This document shows positions 14,501-27,590 of a stretch of 64,000 nt of DNA, in pieces. The position numbers and the translations under genes are program-made. Where the stretch lies: assembly GCA_021613535.1 (NCBI GenBank), contig CP075495.1, positions 8,804,001-8,868,000 of the forward strand, given 5' to 3'. This DNA comes from Adineta vaga. Taxonomy: Eukaryota; Animalia; Rotifera. The notes beneath the pieces are model-generated. The model was not told where the DNA came from. It saw only the letters and a program-made list of their open reading frames with translations, and searched no databases. Numbering within the stretch: position 1 is the first letter of the stretch; each line of letters begins with the position of its first letter.

Positions 14501-15865
14501 AACTTTTGGTTTTGCGGCATTTGTCACTGGTTTTGATTTTGCTTTTTTCTCTTTGGTATTACTCGATTTTGAAGGTGATGCTTGTTTATTTGTTTTGACA
14601 GATAATAATTGACGTTTGGAGATACTTGTTGTAACATATGTCAAATCATCTGCATCATCAGTTGTTTCAATCGATGGTTTGTTATTAAAATTGAGATTGA
14701 TGTCATATTCATTTGTTTGATTGAAAATTATGATGGATCCTTCGGTATCATGCTCATCAATGGTTAATAATTTTCGAGAATGATGATGATGATGATGTTG
14801 TTGTTGCTGTTGTTCGTTTGCTATATCTATAAGATGATTGTCATCTTTAGGATCACCATTGAGTGAATCATCCGATAATTGAAACATATTTTTAACGAAA
14901 TGAAAAGCTCGATTAACAACTGAATCAGTAGAATTCTCTGTTTGATCATCATTTGTATCGAATGAATTGACCACTTGTTCTACAACACGTGATGATTGGG
15001 ATTTATGATCACGTTTCGATTTTGTATTTGTTGTTGATTGTGATGAAGATGTTTTTATCGGTATATCAACAATGGACGATGTAACTGGTCGATTATCATT
15101 CGTTTTTGTAGTTGATACTTTAACTGGTTTCTTCTCATCCGAATTAGTTTCTTTGATTACTTTGGTTATTTTTGTCTTTTTATCAATTACCGGTGAAGAT
15201 GTTTCTTCAGGCACAACTTTTTTCTTGATGTTTTTTGTTTCTTCTTCAATATCATTTTCGATTTTCGAAGGTTTTATTGATCTTGGTTTTTTTTCTTTCT
15301 TTTCTATTTTTTCTTCGATATTGTCTGGAATATCAAGGTGAAGTAATGCTCGACAGCGATTAAGTTCTTGATCATCGATAGCTACTAATTCTTGACTTTT
15401 AGTAGTTGGTGATGATTTATGTTGAGTAGAATTTTTCTTCCTAATGGATTTTTTCTGTTCTATTGTAGAACGTTTTACTTTCTTTTTCTCTTTATCAGCA
15501 TGTGGTTTTGCTTTAAGTAAATGAGTATAGGATCGTCCTTTATGAGCACGTGCAGTTGATGATGTCTCTGGTCGAATATATACCATAAGATCATTAGATT
15601 CACTTGAACGTGCATATTTAGGTGGTGATGACGGTATTGATGGTTTTGAAGATGAAGAAATACGAGGAGATTTCTTCTCTCCTTTCGATAAATCTGATCC
15701 ACCGAATAATAATAAACGACGAGACGTTGGACATTGATTATCAAACTAAAGAATAGTATCAATGTTGACACTTTGTTTATTTTCAAATTGACTTACTTCA
15801 GTAGGATCAGCTGTAGATAGTAGTATTAAGAAAATAAATGCAAAATAAACTAGGGAAAGTTCCAT
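11591..15865 (-). CDS. Large secreted Lys-rich precursor (~1,230 aa) with repeated RxLL and GWx[YF]RYR motifs; 1-nt frameshift near 12694
   Basis: Exons 15865-15797 (signal peptide MELSLVYFAFIFLILLSTADPTE), 15745-14277, 13928-13481, 13420-13135, 13062-12759 and 12697-11591. Phases agree except for a 1-nt deficit in the last exon. Confidence 0.8.
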
Positions 15866-17269
15866 ATTATGTTAGATAATATCTAGTAATATACATAAAT
15901 ATCTTTCCCTCAATATAAGGAAAAAAACCAAATAAGACGTTGACTACTGTATATTGCTTTTCTTATTGTTGACAAAGACTAACAATGATCATATCATCAA
16001 GTCTGTTTTGTACAACGGCCAACCTTGTTCGACAGTTGATTAATACGATAGAAAAGTTTTTTTGTCTTTTCTATTACTATCTATACGTCTTTCTTTTCTT
16101 CTTTTCTACTCTTGTCTTCTTATTTTCTTCGTACAATAATATTTCCGTTCCACTATTGTATATACAATTTCACCAAGGACTTGATAAATGTGCGAGAAAA
16201 ATCTTGCAAAAATATGTCTTTATGGTTAATTGGATAAATCTTAGCGTCAATCGATTAAGTACGTCGAAATGATCAGTAGGAAATAATATGATACCTTCGT
16301 TTCTAACAATAGAATATATAGATGTATACCCTATTGTTTCGATTGATAATATAGATAACTAGAGATAGGTTGTATCTCTAGTAATAGTTGTTGAAATAAT
16401 TAAAGAAGTAATAGTAAAACAAGAAGAAAAGAAACTAATAGACGATGAATGATAGTATTATTGAATGAAAGACAGTAAATCTTAACTTAGATTATTTTAT
16501 CCAGTTTTTCTTTTGCTCGGTTTTTCGCTTACTCTTTTGACATAATTATCGCATATCGTATCGGAAAGAAGAGAAGGAAAAAGAAACCTTGGATGTCGTT
16601 GAAGAAAGAGCAAAAAAACGAGGTCTTGTGGTTTGTCTCCTTTTTCTATCAGTCGCGTATCCTGCTTCTAACAACAACAACAACCACTGACTTATACTCT
16701 ATGGGAAATCATCAGTACCAGTCGACAAAGATGTATTCACTATACGGAAATCGTATACATATTAAACCAAAGAAAAAGATGCTGAAAAAACACTTGGTGG
16801 ATGATAGATGATGCATCTAAACACAAACATTGATATGCGTTGTAAGAAAGGACATGCATTTTTTTTGCGTATGCGTTATCGATAAATATACGTGTGCATA
16901 CTCCATACTAGACATCATTGAAGCGTAGCAAGTAAATTGTACAAACTAGTGGTATTCTACGTATAAAATCATCATACGTGTGTATGACTCTTATGATGAA
17001 AAATATGCATAAGTGCTCTTGATTATTTTCATTTTTTCTTGCAATTTCCACAGTTGAAATGATTTAACGTTAATGAATATTTTGAGTATACATACATACA
17101 TAGATATTTATTTATTTCAGAACATACAGAAGCTTATCAGCACTGACATAGATGTCAAAAAAAAGAAAGAAGAAGAAGAAAAAGGAATAATAGTGGAAGA
17201 ATAACTGACATTGATTGACAAAGACGAAATAGAGATATAGATATGGAATAAAAGATGTAAAAAGAGAAA

Positions 17270-19291
<2,022 letters not shown>

Positions 19292-19495
19292 CTGAAAATG
19301 AAATGATTGTCTTCTAAAATGGAACAATACAGATTTGTAAAAATCTTTATTTCCAATATCAAAACTGTTTGCTTGTAAACAAACACAGAAAATTTCTTTG
19401 TTTGACTATATTTGATGTTTAATTCGGAAAGATGTAGATTAATAACTTTTTTCTAAACAACAATAATGATGAAAATAGACTAGGTGACAATGAAC

Positions 19496-19503
<8 letters not shown>

Positions 19504-19526
<23 letters not shown>
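19504..19526. repeat. (GA)n microsatellite
   Basis: Perfect AG dinucleotide run between the divergent katanin and CDO1 starts. Confidence 0.85.
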
Positions 19527-19528
<2 letters not shown>

Positions 19529-20064
19529 CAAGCAAAATAAGTTTATTTATATTTCTTCTCCGCATTCATATCGAACAAAATCATTGACAGTTAATTGATT
19601 TTCATTAAGAAAGATTTCTACGGTTTTCTTCTTATCATCTGTGTGCATCCATTTTTGATATAGTAAACGATTTTCATCATTTCCTAATTGTTTTCGTTCA
19701 TTTAATCCAATTGTTTTCGAGCGTGTAGCAACAATATGTTGAGCAAGTAGACGTCCAAATTGTTTTGTCTAGGAAGCAAAGAAAGAAAGATAAAACCTTG
19801 AACTTTTTCTCTAGTTATGGTTCGTCAATAATATTGATTAAATTTCATTTTTTTTTCTATTAGATTTGAGATTAGATTATCTTACCTATCGATAGGATAT
19901 AGAAAAGGGTGTGTTTGTATAAGGTTATATATGTTCGATATAAACAAAAAGAAAAGATTAATCCATCGAGAGAAAACGAGAAGAAAAAGTACATCGTTCT
20001 AATTTCCTCTTTCTCCATAAATAGGGATATTCGATTCGATTTGAATTCAAACAAACAACGAAAA

Positions 20065-20730
20065 ATGACGGAAACACTTGTCAATACAAATACAAATCTT
20101 AATAATGATATTCAATCAATACGTGCAAAATTAATTGATAATACAGCACATTTATCAACTGAGCCGAAATCATTACCTGAATTAATTGAATTAATTTATC
20201 AAGCATTTGCTACCAACGAAGTGAATATTGATTATGTTCATACGATTATGCGAAATTACAAAGGTAATATGAGAGAATGGTCACCATATTTGAAATTTCA
20301 AGCAAATAAATATACAAGAAACTTAGTTGATGCTGGAAATGGAAAATTTAATTTAATGATTTTATGTTGGGCAGAGAGTCAGGGTTCATCAATACATAAT
20401 CATGCAAATTCACATTGTTTTATGAAATGTATTCAAGGTACATTAATTGAAACAAAATATGCTTGGCCAAAAGAAGGCGATGAGAATCAAGAAGAACCGA
20501 TGCATATAATCAGTCAAACAGAATTAAAAGACGGAATGGTTGCGTATATCAATGATTCCATCGGTTTACATCGTGTCGAAAATCCAAGTCATACGGATAC
20601 GGCTGTTACATTACATTTATATGTACCACCATATGATCATTGCAATATATTTGATGAACGTACTGGTCATACGAATGACGCATATGTTACATTTTATTCT
20701 GTCGGTGGTCAGTTAACAGCAAATCAATGA
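20065..20730 (+). CDS. CDO1: Cysteine dioxygenase type 1, intronless coding region
   Basis: YTRNLVDAGNGKFNLMILCW, IHNHANSHCFMK, LHRVENPSHTDTAVTLHLYVPPY (three-His iron site, Cys/Tyr crosslink residues). The likely start is ATG 20065, not the upstream GTG. Confidence 0.96.
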   Translation: MTETLVNTNTNLNNDIQSIRAKLIDNTAHLSTEPKSLPELIELIYQAFATNEVNIDYVHTIMRNYKGNMREWSPYLKFQANKYTRNLVDAGNGKFNLMILCWAESQGSSIHNHANSHCFMKCIQGTLIETKYAWPKEGDENQEEPMHIISQTELKDGMVAYINDSIGLHRVENPSHTDTAVTLHLYVPPYDHCNIFDERTGHTNDAYVTFYSVGGQLTANQ

Positions 20731-21235
20731 AAACTGAAGCTTTTCTCTCTTTTTGTTTCTTTTTAAAACTATGATTTTACAATAAAGGAAGCTTTAATCA
20801 AATTAGATTGAGATTAACTTTTTTTTGTCCACAGAAGTAATTTGCATCTATTCACATGTCTTTTATGCGAGACACAAAATTTTCATCGATTGAAGAAAAA
20901 CTAATAAATTATCCAATGTTGCTTTAACTAATCGTATTTATAGAAAGATCAACTGAAACAGTAAGATAATTTGAATACTGAACTATTTTTCTTTCATATA
21001 ATTGTATGTTGAAAGAATAGTGTTATTGTACAAGAGAAAAAATTATTTGAATACAATAATATTAAAAATGCGCCATAGGAACATTGTGACGAAAGATTAT
21101 GACTCAACTAACCTATAAAATCAATTATTTATGATAAAAGTAATTTGATTCGTGTTTCTCTACTTTCAAGTCAAACGAAACGATCACTGAGGTGAAGTAC
21201 CGAAATATTGAATGATTCATCTGAAATATATAGAA

Positions 21236-21787
21236 TTAACTTACCATATTATTAAAAATATCTCCAAGAGCTAATTCACCATTGCCGAGTGATTCTGGTA
21301 ATGGAATTTTATCTTGAATACTAAAGTATTTTCTTGTCCATTTCGATGACTGTTCATCACGAAAATCGACATGAGCCATTTTTAAATTAGGCCATACATA
21401 AATAATCTGTTTTAATGATGGTATTCGTTGATAATTCATTGATTTTTCATGTAATATCAAACGTTCTGTTGTTGGTGTAATAATTTCAATGATAACAATA
21501 GGTTCACGTGTTATTGCTTGATCAACTTTTGGTGCTTGATTAGTAAGAGATAAACCTGGATAATAGATACAGATTGGATCTGGTGTTTGTACACGAATAT
21601 CCATTGGAAGAACGTGAACATTTTTTAATTGTTGTTGTTCAATTTGTGCACTAATACTTTTCAATAATAGGTCATGTGCACTTTCACGAGATGGTAATGC
21701 ATAAACATATCCATTTAAATATTCATGTAATTGATTTGCTTCATCTTCACTATCTAAATATGTACTTAATTCAACAGATTTTTTCAT
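21236..21787 (-). CDS. Uma2/DUF820 (PD-(D/E)XK-fold) endonuclease-like domain, bacterial type
   Basis: TYLDSE...HEYLNGYVYAL...H...MDIRV...YYPGL...EPIVIIEIITPTTE...EKSMNYQRIPSLKQIIYV...IPLP...LALGDIF follows the recalled Uma2 consensus (EY.DG.V.AM, YPDV.V, P.LIVEVLSPST, EK...Y..IPSL.EY.LV). Confidence 0.85.
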   Translation of the reverse strand: MKKSVELSTYLDSEDEANQLHEYLNGYVYALPSRESAHDLLLKSISAQIEQQQLKNVHVLPMDIRVQTPDPICIYYPGLSLTNQAPKVDQAITREPIVIIEIITPTTERLILHEKSMNYQRIPSLKQIIYVWPNLKMAHVDFRDEQSSKWTRKYFSIQDKIPLPESLGNGELALGDIFNNMVS

Positions 21788-22745
21788 ATTATCTTCACAA
21801 ATTGTTCGTAATGGATAAGAACGAGTTAATATATTTGAAGATGATAATTGTCCATCCTAAACAATCAATCATGATTTCTAATTCATCGAACTATTTTCAT
21901 ACTTGTGAATCATTTGCTATTGAATCTGTTTGAGAATATTTCACAAGTGCACCATATTTTCCCATACGACATGCATCCGAACTTGTACTATTAACTTGTC
22001 CATGACAGTAACTAGCTAATAATTGATTATCTTTACTATTGAATAGAATACCACGTCGTAAAATAACATTTTCTCCAACTGTACCAACACATAGTGCTGT
22101 AATATCAGCTAAAGTTTTCGAACGATCATCAACACTTGGTAATGTTCCAAGAGTATCTTTATCAAAAATAATCTGAAATACATTCAAAAGAATAAAATCA
22201 AAGACATCGAATATTCAAGAAAAAACAAACTTTATCTTTCGTTTTTTCTGTTTGATTTGCTAACAAACTATTTGCAACTTGAGAAACAAGTTGTTGAAAT
22301 TTTTCATTTTTTGCAACAAAATCCGTTTCACAATTAATCTAAACAATAAAGAGATTTGAGAGCAATTATTTATCATAGATTATATCAAACAAACCTCAAC
22401 CATTACTGCTGAATCATTATTCGTAATAATACCAATTAAACCTTGTGATGCAGCACGACTTTGCAATTTCGTTGCACGACTCCAACCTTCGGCTTGGGCA
22501 CGTTGATGAAGCCATGTTTCTGCCTTTAAATATCAAAACTAATAATACACTAGTTTACAACGAGTTCGCCTTACTTGTTCTAAATTATCATTAAATTGTT
22601 GAAGAGCGGCTCGACAATGTGACAAAGAATAACCAGTCTTCTTTCTTAATATACTTAAAGGTGACGATGATGAAGTTGAAGCAATAGCCGATTTAGCTGA
22701 ATATCGAGGTATAGCTGTGTGAATGAATCGTCGCCAAACAAGCAT
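21788..22745 (-). CDS. TSFM: Mitochondrial elongation factor Ts, C-terminally truncated and continuing in frame into the Uma2 domain
   Basis: Exons 22745-22575, 22523-22395, 22338-22231 and 22172-21903 (226 codons) give LRKKTGYSLSHCRAAL, GWSRATKLQSR, EINCETDFVAKN, GENVILRR and GKYGALV. Exon 5 starts at 21856 and is open into the Uma2 ATG at 21787. Confidence 0.88.
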
Positions 22746-23230
22746 GTTCTTTTTTTTTATAGTTATACTCAAAAAAGAAAAGAAAAAGATTTTTGAAATA
22801 TTATTAATAAAAATTGAACGAAATAAAACAAGAACAGAAGAACTTCTTTTTTTTTCATACAATACACGTAAAAGTAGTTCTTTATGAGAATTCAATTCCG
22901 ATTTTGAATTAGAAGATTTATTTCAGAAGAAAGAATTTACTATTGAGTCAAATCTTTTCTTCTTACGATATATATTCTCTAATTCAAACAATCGGATACT
23001 GAAGCTTTTTTTCATGTTCAATTAATCTTTCCATTTGGTCTACATACGAAAAGACAATCAAACAAAGATTTTTTTTTGTTTTTTTCTAAACACAAATCAT
23101 TTCTGTTAGTTCAAAACCAGACATGAGAAAACTGTACAATGCAAAAACAAATCACAAGAAACTCTCAAACACAATATAATCTAATACTAGACAAAACAAT
23201 TAAAACAACATAAGTTATGTGAAGAAGATT

Positions 23231-25286
23231 CTAATGTGGTACAAAATCACCATCATTATCTGTTGAATGTGTATGATGACTGTGACGTTTCGCTCGTGAA
23301 GTACTGAGAGTTTCTTCCGTAGTAGTTGTTGTTGTGATTGTCACAGATGTTTGTGTGGTAAATGTTGTTGATGTTGTTGTTGCTGCTGCTTTTTTACCTT
23401 CTAAACGAGCTGAACGAGCTCTTTGTCCTTTGATTTCTGATGATCGTTTTTGATTATTTGTTACAGTTGCTACAGCAGCATCAATAGATTTTGGTAGTAA
23501 AACAGTTTGTTGATCGATTTGATTCGTTTGTAATAGAGAATTTTGATGTTGAATCGGATGATTATGATGATGTTCATGATGATGATGATGGTGATGGAAT
23601 CCTTTTCGACGACTTTTCATATCACGTTTACTATGTTGAGAATCTTGGATGTTATTTGATGTATTAACTATTGAACGTGGCTGTTTCGTTCCACCTAAAT
23701 ATGGATGAGCATCTGTTACAGGTGGAATTTTTAATTGAATTTCAAAAATTTCATCAGCTTCAGCACGTGCTTGTGATGATGGACTTGCTGTACGAACTTT
23801 TGGAACGTTTGTTACCGGCGTAGGATAGTCTGTTTCGGGATCTTCAATATCAGGTGCAATTGGTAAATAAACAAGTTGATCATTAATATCATCATCATCA
23901 CTTGAAACTAAAGCTTCAATGCGTTGATCAGTAACAACATCTATTTCAATATCAACATTATCATCTAGTTGTGAACTACCATTTGTATCTAAACGTTGAC
24001 GTTTATTTGGTGAACCACTATAATCTAATCCATCTAAACTACGATCTTCATCTTTTATATCAAATTCTGATTCGCGTTCATGATATTCAACATTTTCTTC
24101 CAATTCACGAAAATCTGGCGCAAATGCTGACCAATTTTCTACTTGAGAATGCGACCATATGGATACAACGCCGGTAGATATACTTGCTATAATTGGACGT
24201 ACTGGATGCCAACAAACATCAGCTAATGCTTCACCTTTTGTTCCATGTAAAATTTTAACTAAATTACCCGATACCGTTTCCCAAATGTAAAGAGAATGTT
24301 GTCGAGATGAAGCTCCACATATATATTCACCATCACCTGACCAACAACATTTACGCCACAATGATTTATTTACAAGATCTTGTAGTTTTTGCTTAGGTTC
24401 AAGATCACGATTGATACCACACGTGAGCATTTCGTTGTAACTATAGATACGAATTATTCGATCACTTGTATTAACTAGACAATATTGACCTAAAAAGATT
24501 TCAATTTGAAAAATAAATACAAATCATTATCTATTCCTAAGGTTTAATGAATATATGTAATGGATATTGATACTTTTTCTTATTAATTGTATTACATACC
24601 TCGACGAGGAATTTCAATATGTCTTAGCACAGTATTTGTATTTGTTCCGGTAGCAATTCGAAATGAAGAAATTGTTTTTAATTCCGGAAATGTTTTAACC
24701 ATCATTACACCTCGACTGTTACCTAGTATAATATGTTCACCTTTTCTATCGAATGTTGATACAATATCAGTTGATTCATCATCCATATTAACAACTGTAT
24801 GTTTCCTCTGATTATCAATAAGAACAGGTGGATGTTTCATAGGACATATAAGTAAATACGATGAATCACGTGGATGAAATTGAACTTTAAGTATTGGTGA
24901 TTGTATACATGAAATACGTGTACGACATCGACCTGTTGAAGTACTCCATATACAAACAGTATTATCAGTAGATGATGTTGCGATTAAATCGGATTTTTTC
25001 GACCATGAAATGCAATATATTGGTGACCAATCTGCACAAATTATTTTCGCAATACCTCGCGTTAAAAAATCCCATATCACAAGGCGACCATCTGAACAAC
25101 CAACTGCAAGCATAGATCCTTCAATATCGAAAAACAAGAAATAACTCCATGTTCAAATTTCAATGTTTCAATATACGTACCAACTTTATTAAAAGCACAA
25201 CAAACTGCCGTCGATGCGCAATCAAGTGTGCCATCGAATTCTTCTGGATAATTCTGTTGAAATGTTGATAATAATTCAATATTCAT
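23231..25286 (-). CDS. RBBP5: Retinoblastoma-binding protein 5 (COMPASS/MLL WD40 subunit, Swd1), 3 exons
   Basis: MNIELLSTFQQNYPEEFDG, WDFLTRGIAK, QKLQDLVNK, LVKILHGTKGE, WHPVRPIIASI, ENWSAFAPDFRELEENVEYHERESEFD. Confidence 0.96.
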
Positions 25287-25422
25287 TTTTCATCTACAAA
25301 AAATAATTCATTGCTCTATTTGTTTATCTTAATCATTGATTGCATATTCATATAGACACAAGAAATGAGAATAGAAAAAGAAATTCATCATAAGAAAAAA
25401 AAATAACTATCTGACAAAAAAT

Positions 25423-27590
25423 TTAATTGAGTTTATCTAACAATTGTTTAACAATATCTTGTTCAGCAATCAATAGGCGAACGATTTCTTGTCCATCATT
25501 CGCACTTTTACCAAGTTTAATAAGACGATGATCAATAAATTCAATTAATTGTAAGCGAAGATTTTGTTCATTATTTACATAAAATGAACGTTTACATTGT
25601 TCGTATAATTCCGTAAATTTCATACCTAAAATAGAATAGTTTGATTTCACTCTTTCAACAAATCAAAATTAAATATCCATCTAGAAAGAATCATTTACCT
25701 TCGTAATCTTTTGCATTCATATTAGCTAAGAATGCTTCCATAAGTAAACGAAAGATACGTCGAGCATTGGGTGTTAAACTTTCAATAACGTGTTCAACAG
25801 CACTTATTGATAATTGACCTAACACAAATTTTATACCATAGAAACAAACATTACAATAAATTCATGTCTTTACTTGTTTTTGAACGAATTGTATTAAGTC
25901 TTTCGTTCGTTGTTTCATCAATATAAGGTAACCTAAGTAAGAAATTTAGATTTCATCGAAAGAATTCTTTTCAAACTTACCATGTATGAATAGCATACCA
26001 TATCCAACGAAAACTAGTCAAACTTTGTTGATTCCAAACTAAACACATAGAATGAGTAAAACAACAAAAAGAAGAAGAAGAAGGAATAATCGAATTTACT
26101 TAATGGTCCATGTATATGATCAATTGTAGCAAGAATATGAATATATTGACATTGAGCTGCTGATTTAAATAAATTTTGTATATTCGTATTTCGAAAATTC
26201 ATTCCATCAATATTATTGATTAATAAATAAACATGTAATTCTAAAAAAAGAGAAGCAAAATTTTTTATTGATTTCGAAAAGATTTCGTTAAAAATACTTT
26301 TTTCTTCAATTCGTTGAATTATATCTTTCATACATTCATCATTATTATTTGCTGAATTAATGTTGATCTCTGAACATGAACACAGTGTTTGAAGAACCTT
26401 GAAAAAGAGAATAAATTCCGATTGGTTTTTAGTGACAAATCTGCATACATGTTTGATGGATATATTTGGCATGAAACCATGAATAATAAATGTAAGATAT
26501 TCGTTTTTTAAGTATTTTTTGAAGAAAAGTGATAAGAGCGATTTTTTTGAACCAACACCATGTAGAAGAATATTAAAACCAGCTCTGAAAGAAAATGATA
26601 ATTCAATAGCAAATTGCTTTCTAATAAACTCTTTTAGTAAAAATACAATATGTCTTGAATACGTGCGATTACAAATCTTCTTCCTTGTTGTAATGATTAT
26701 TTAGTAAAAAGATTAAAAAGAATATTTAAATCAAACCTTAAATATCTGAACCATTCTTCAAATTCATTTCCACGAAGAATATCCACCATTAGATATTCAC
26801 TTGTTTTACCATGAAAAGATTTTTCTTGAATCTTCATTGCTGTTTGCTGAAGATCATCAGGTGTTAATTGAATTAAATTACTTTTAAATTTTCTCTTTTT
26901 AACTGTATCCATCTAAAGTACAGAAAACAATTTTGCTTTCTATACATAAAACAAAGAATCTTGATCTATTTTCTTACATCATCAGTTGAAAGATTAGGTT
27001 CAAAAAGAATTTTATCCATATTCTCTTGTTGCATGATATTATCCGATGCTAGAAAAAAAAAATGTTCATAATTGGGAAAGAAAAATATAGACATACACTT
27101 CTCAGCAAGAATCTTTTTCTTCGATATATGTTTACGTTTTTGTTTGAGAATACCTTTGAAAGAAAATCAAAATTAAGATGATAATGATAATAAGCAACTT
27201 CTTTTTTTACCATGACGAACAGGAAATCGAGGTAAAATATGTGAAATAACTTGAAAACGCGTCATTTCATTCTCTTTTAGATCATTATTTTCATCTGTTA
27301 TTGTTGGAATTGGTGGTGCACTTTTATCTAAATAAATAAAATAAAAAATAAAATCGACTTTTTAGATAGATTATACTTACACTTAATCAAAGATCGACCT
27401 TTACTTTTTCTCGACGGTGTTGGTTCTAATTAAATTTAAAAATTTAACTTTTATTTTATTGTATGATAAACTTACTTAGTGGAAGAGCATTTTGTGATAA
27501 TTCATATTCAACATCATCGATATTAAGAATTTTATTTGGAATATTTTCTGATGATATAACAACAATTGGTACTGAACGATTTGTTGACAT
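25423..27590 (-). CDS. ORC2: Origin recognition complex subunit 2, multi-exon
   Basis: GFNILLHGVGSKK, IIHGFMPNISIK, YLLINNIDG, HILATIDHIHGPL, SLTPNARRIFRLL, GMKFTELYEQCKRSFYVNNEQNLRLQLIEFIDHRLI. Confidence 0.92.

Noticed and set aside
12093-15341. Plus-strand hydrophobic ORFs opposite the Lys-rich gene
   Set aside because: Antisense shadows of AAA/GAA-rich codons.
20065-20730. Intronless CDO1 as a possible bacterial transfer
   Set aside because: The sequence is animal-type (YTRNLVDxGNGKFNLMILCW, HCF Cys retained); lack of introns alone is not evidence of transfer.
23231-23700. His- and Thr-rich tail of RBBP5 as a novel domain
   Set aside because: Trinucleotide-slippage low-complexity tracts like these occur in many genes in this window.
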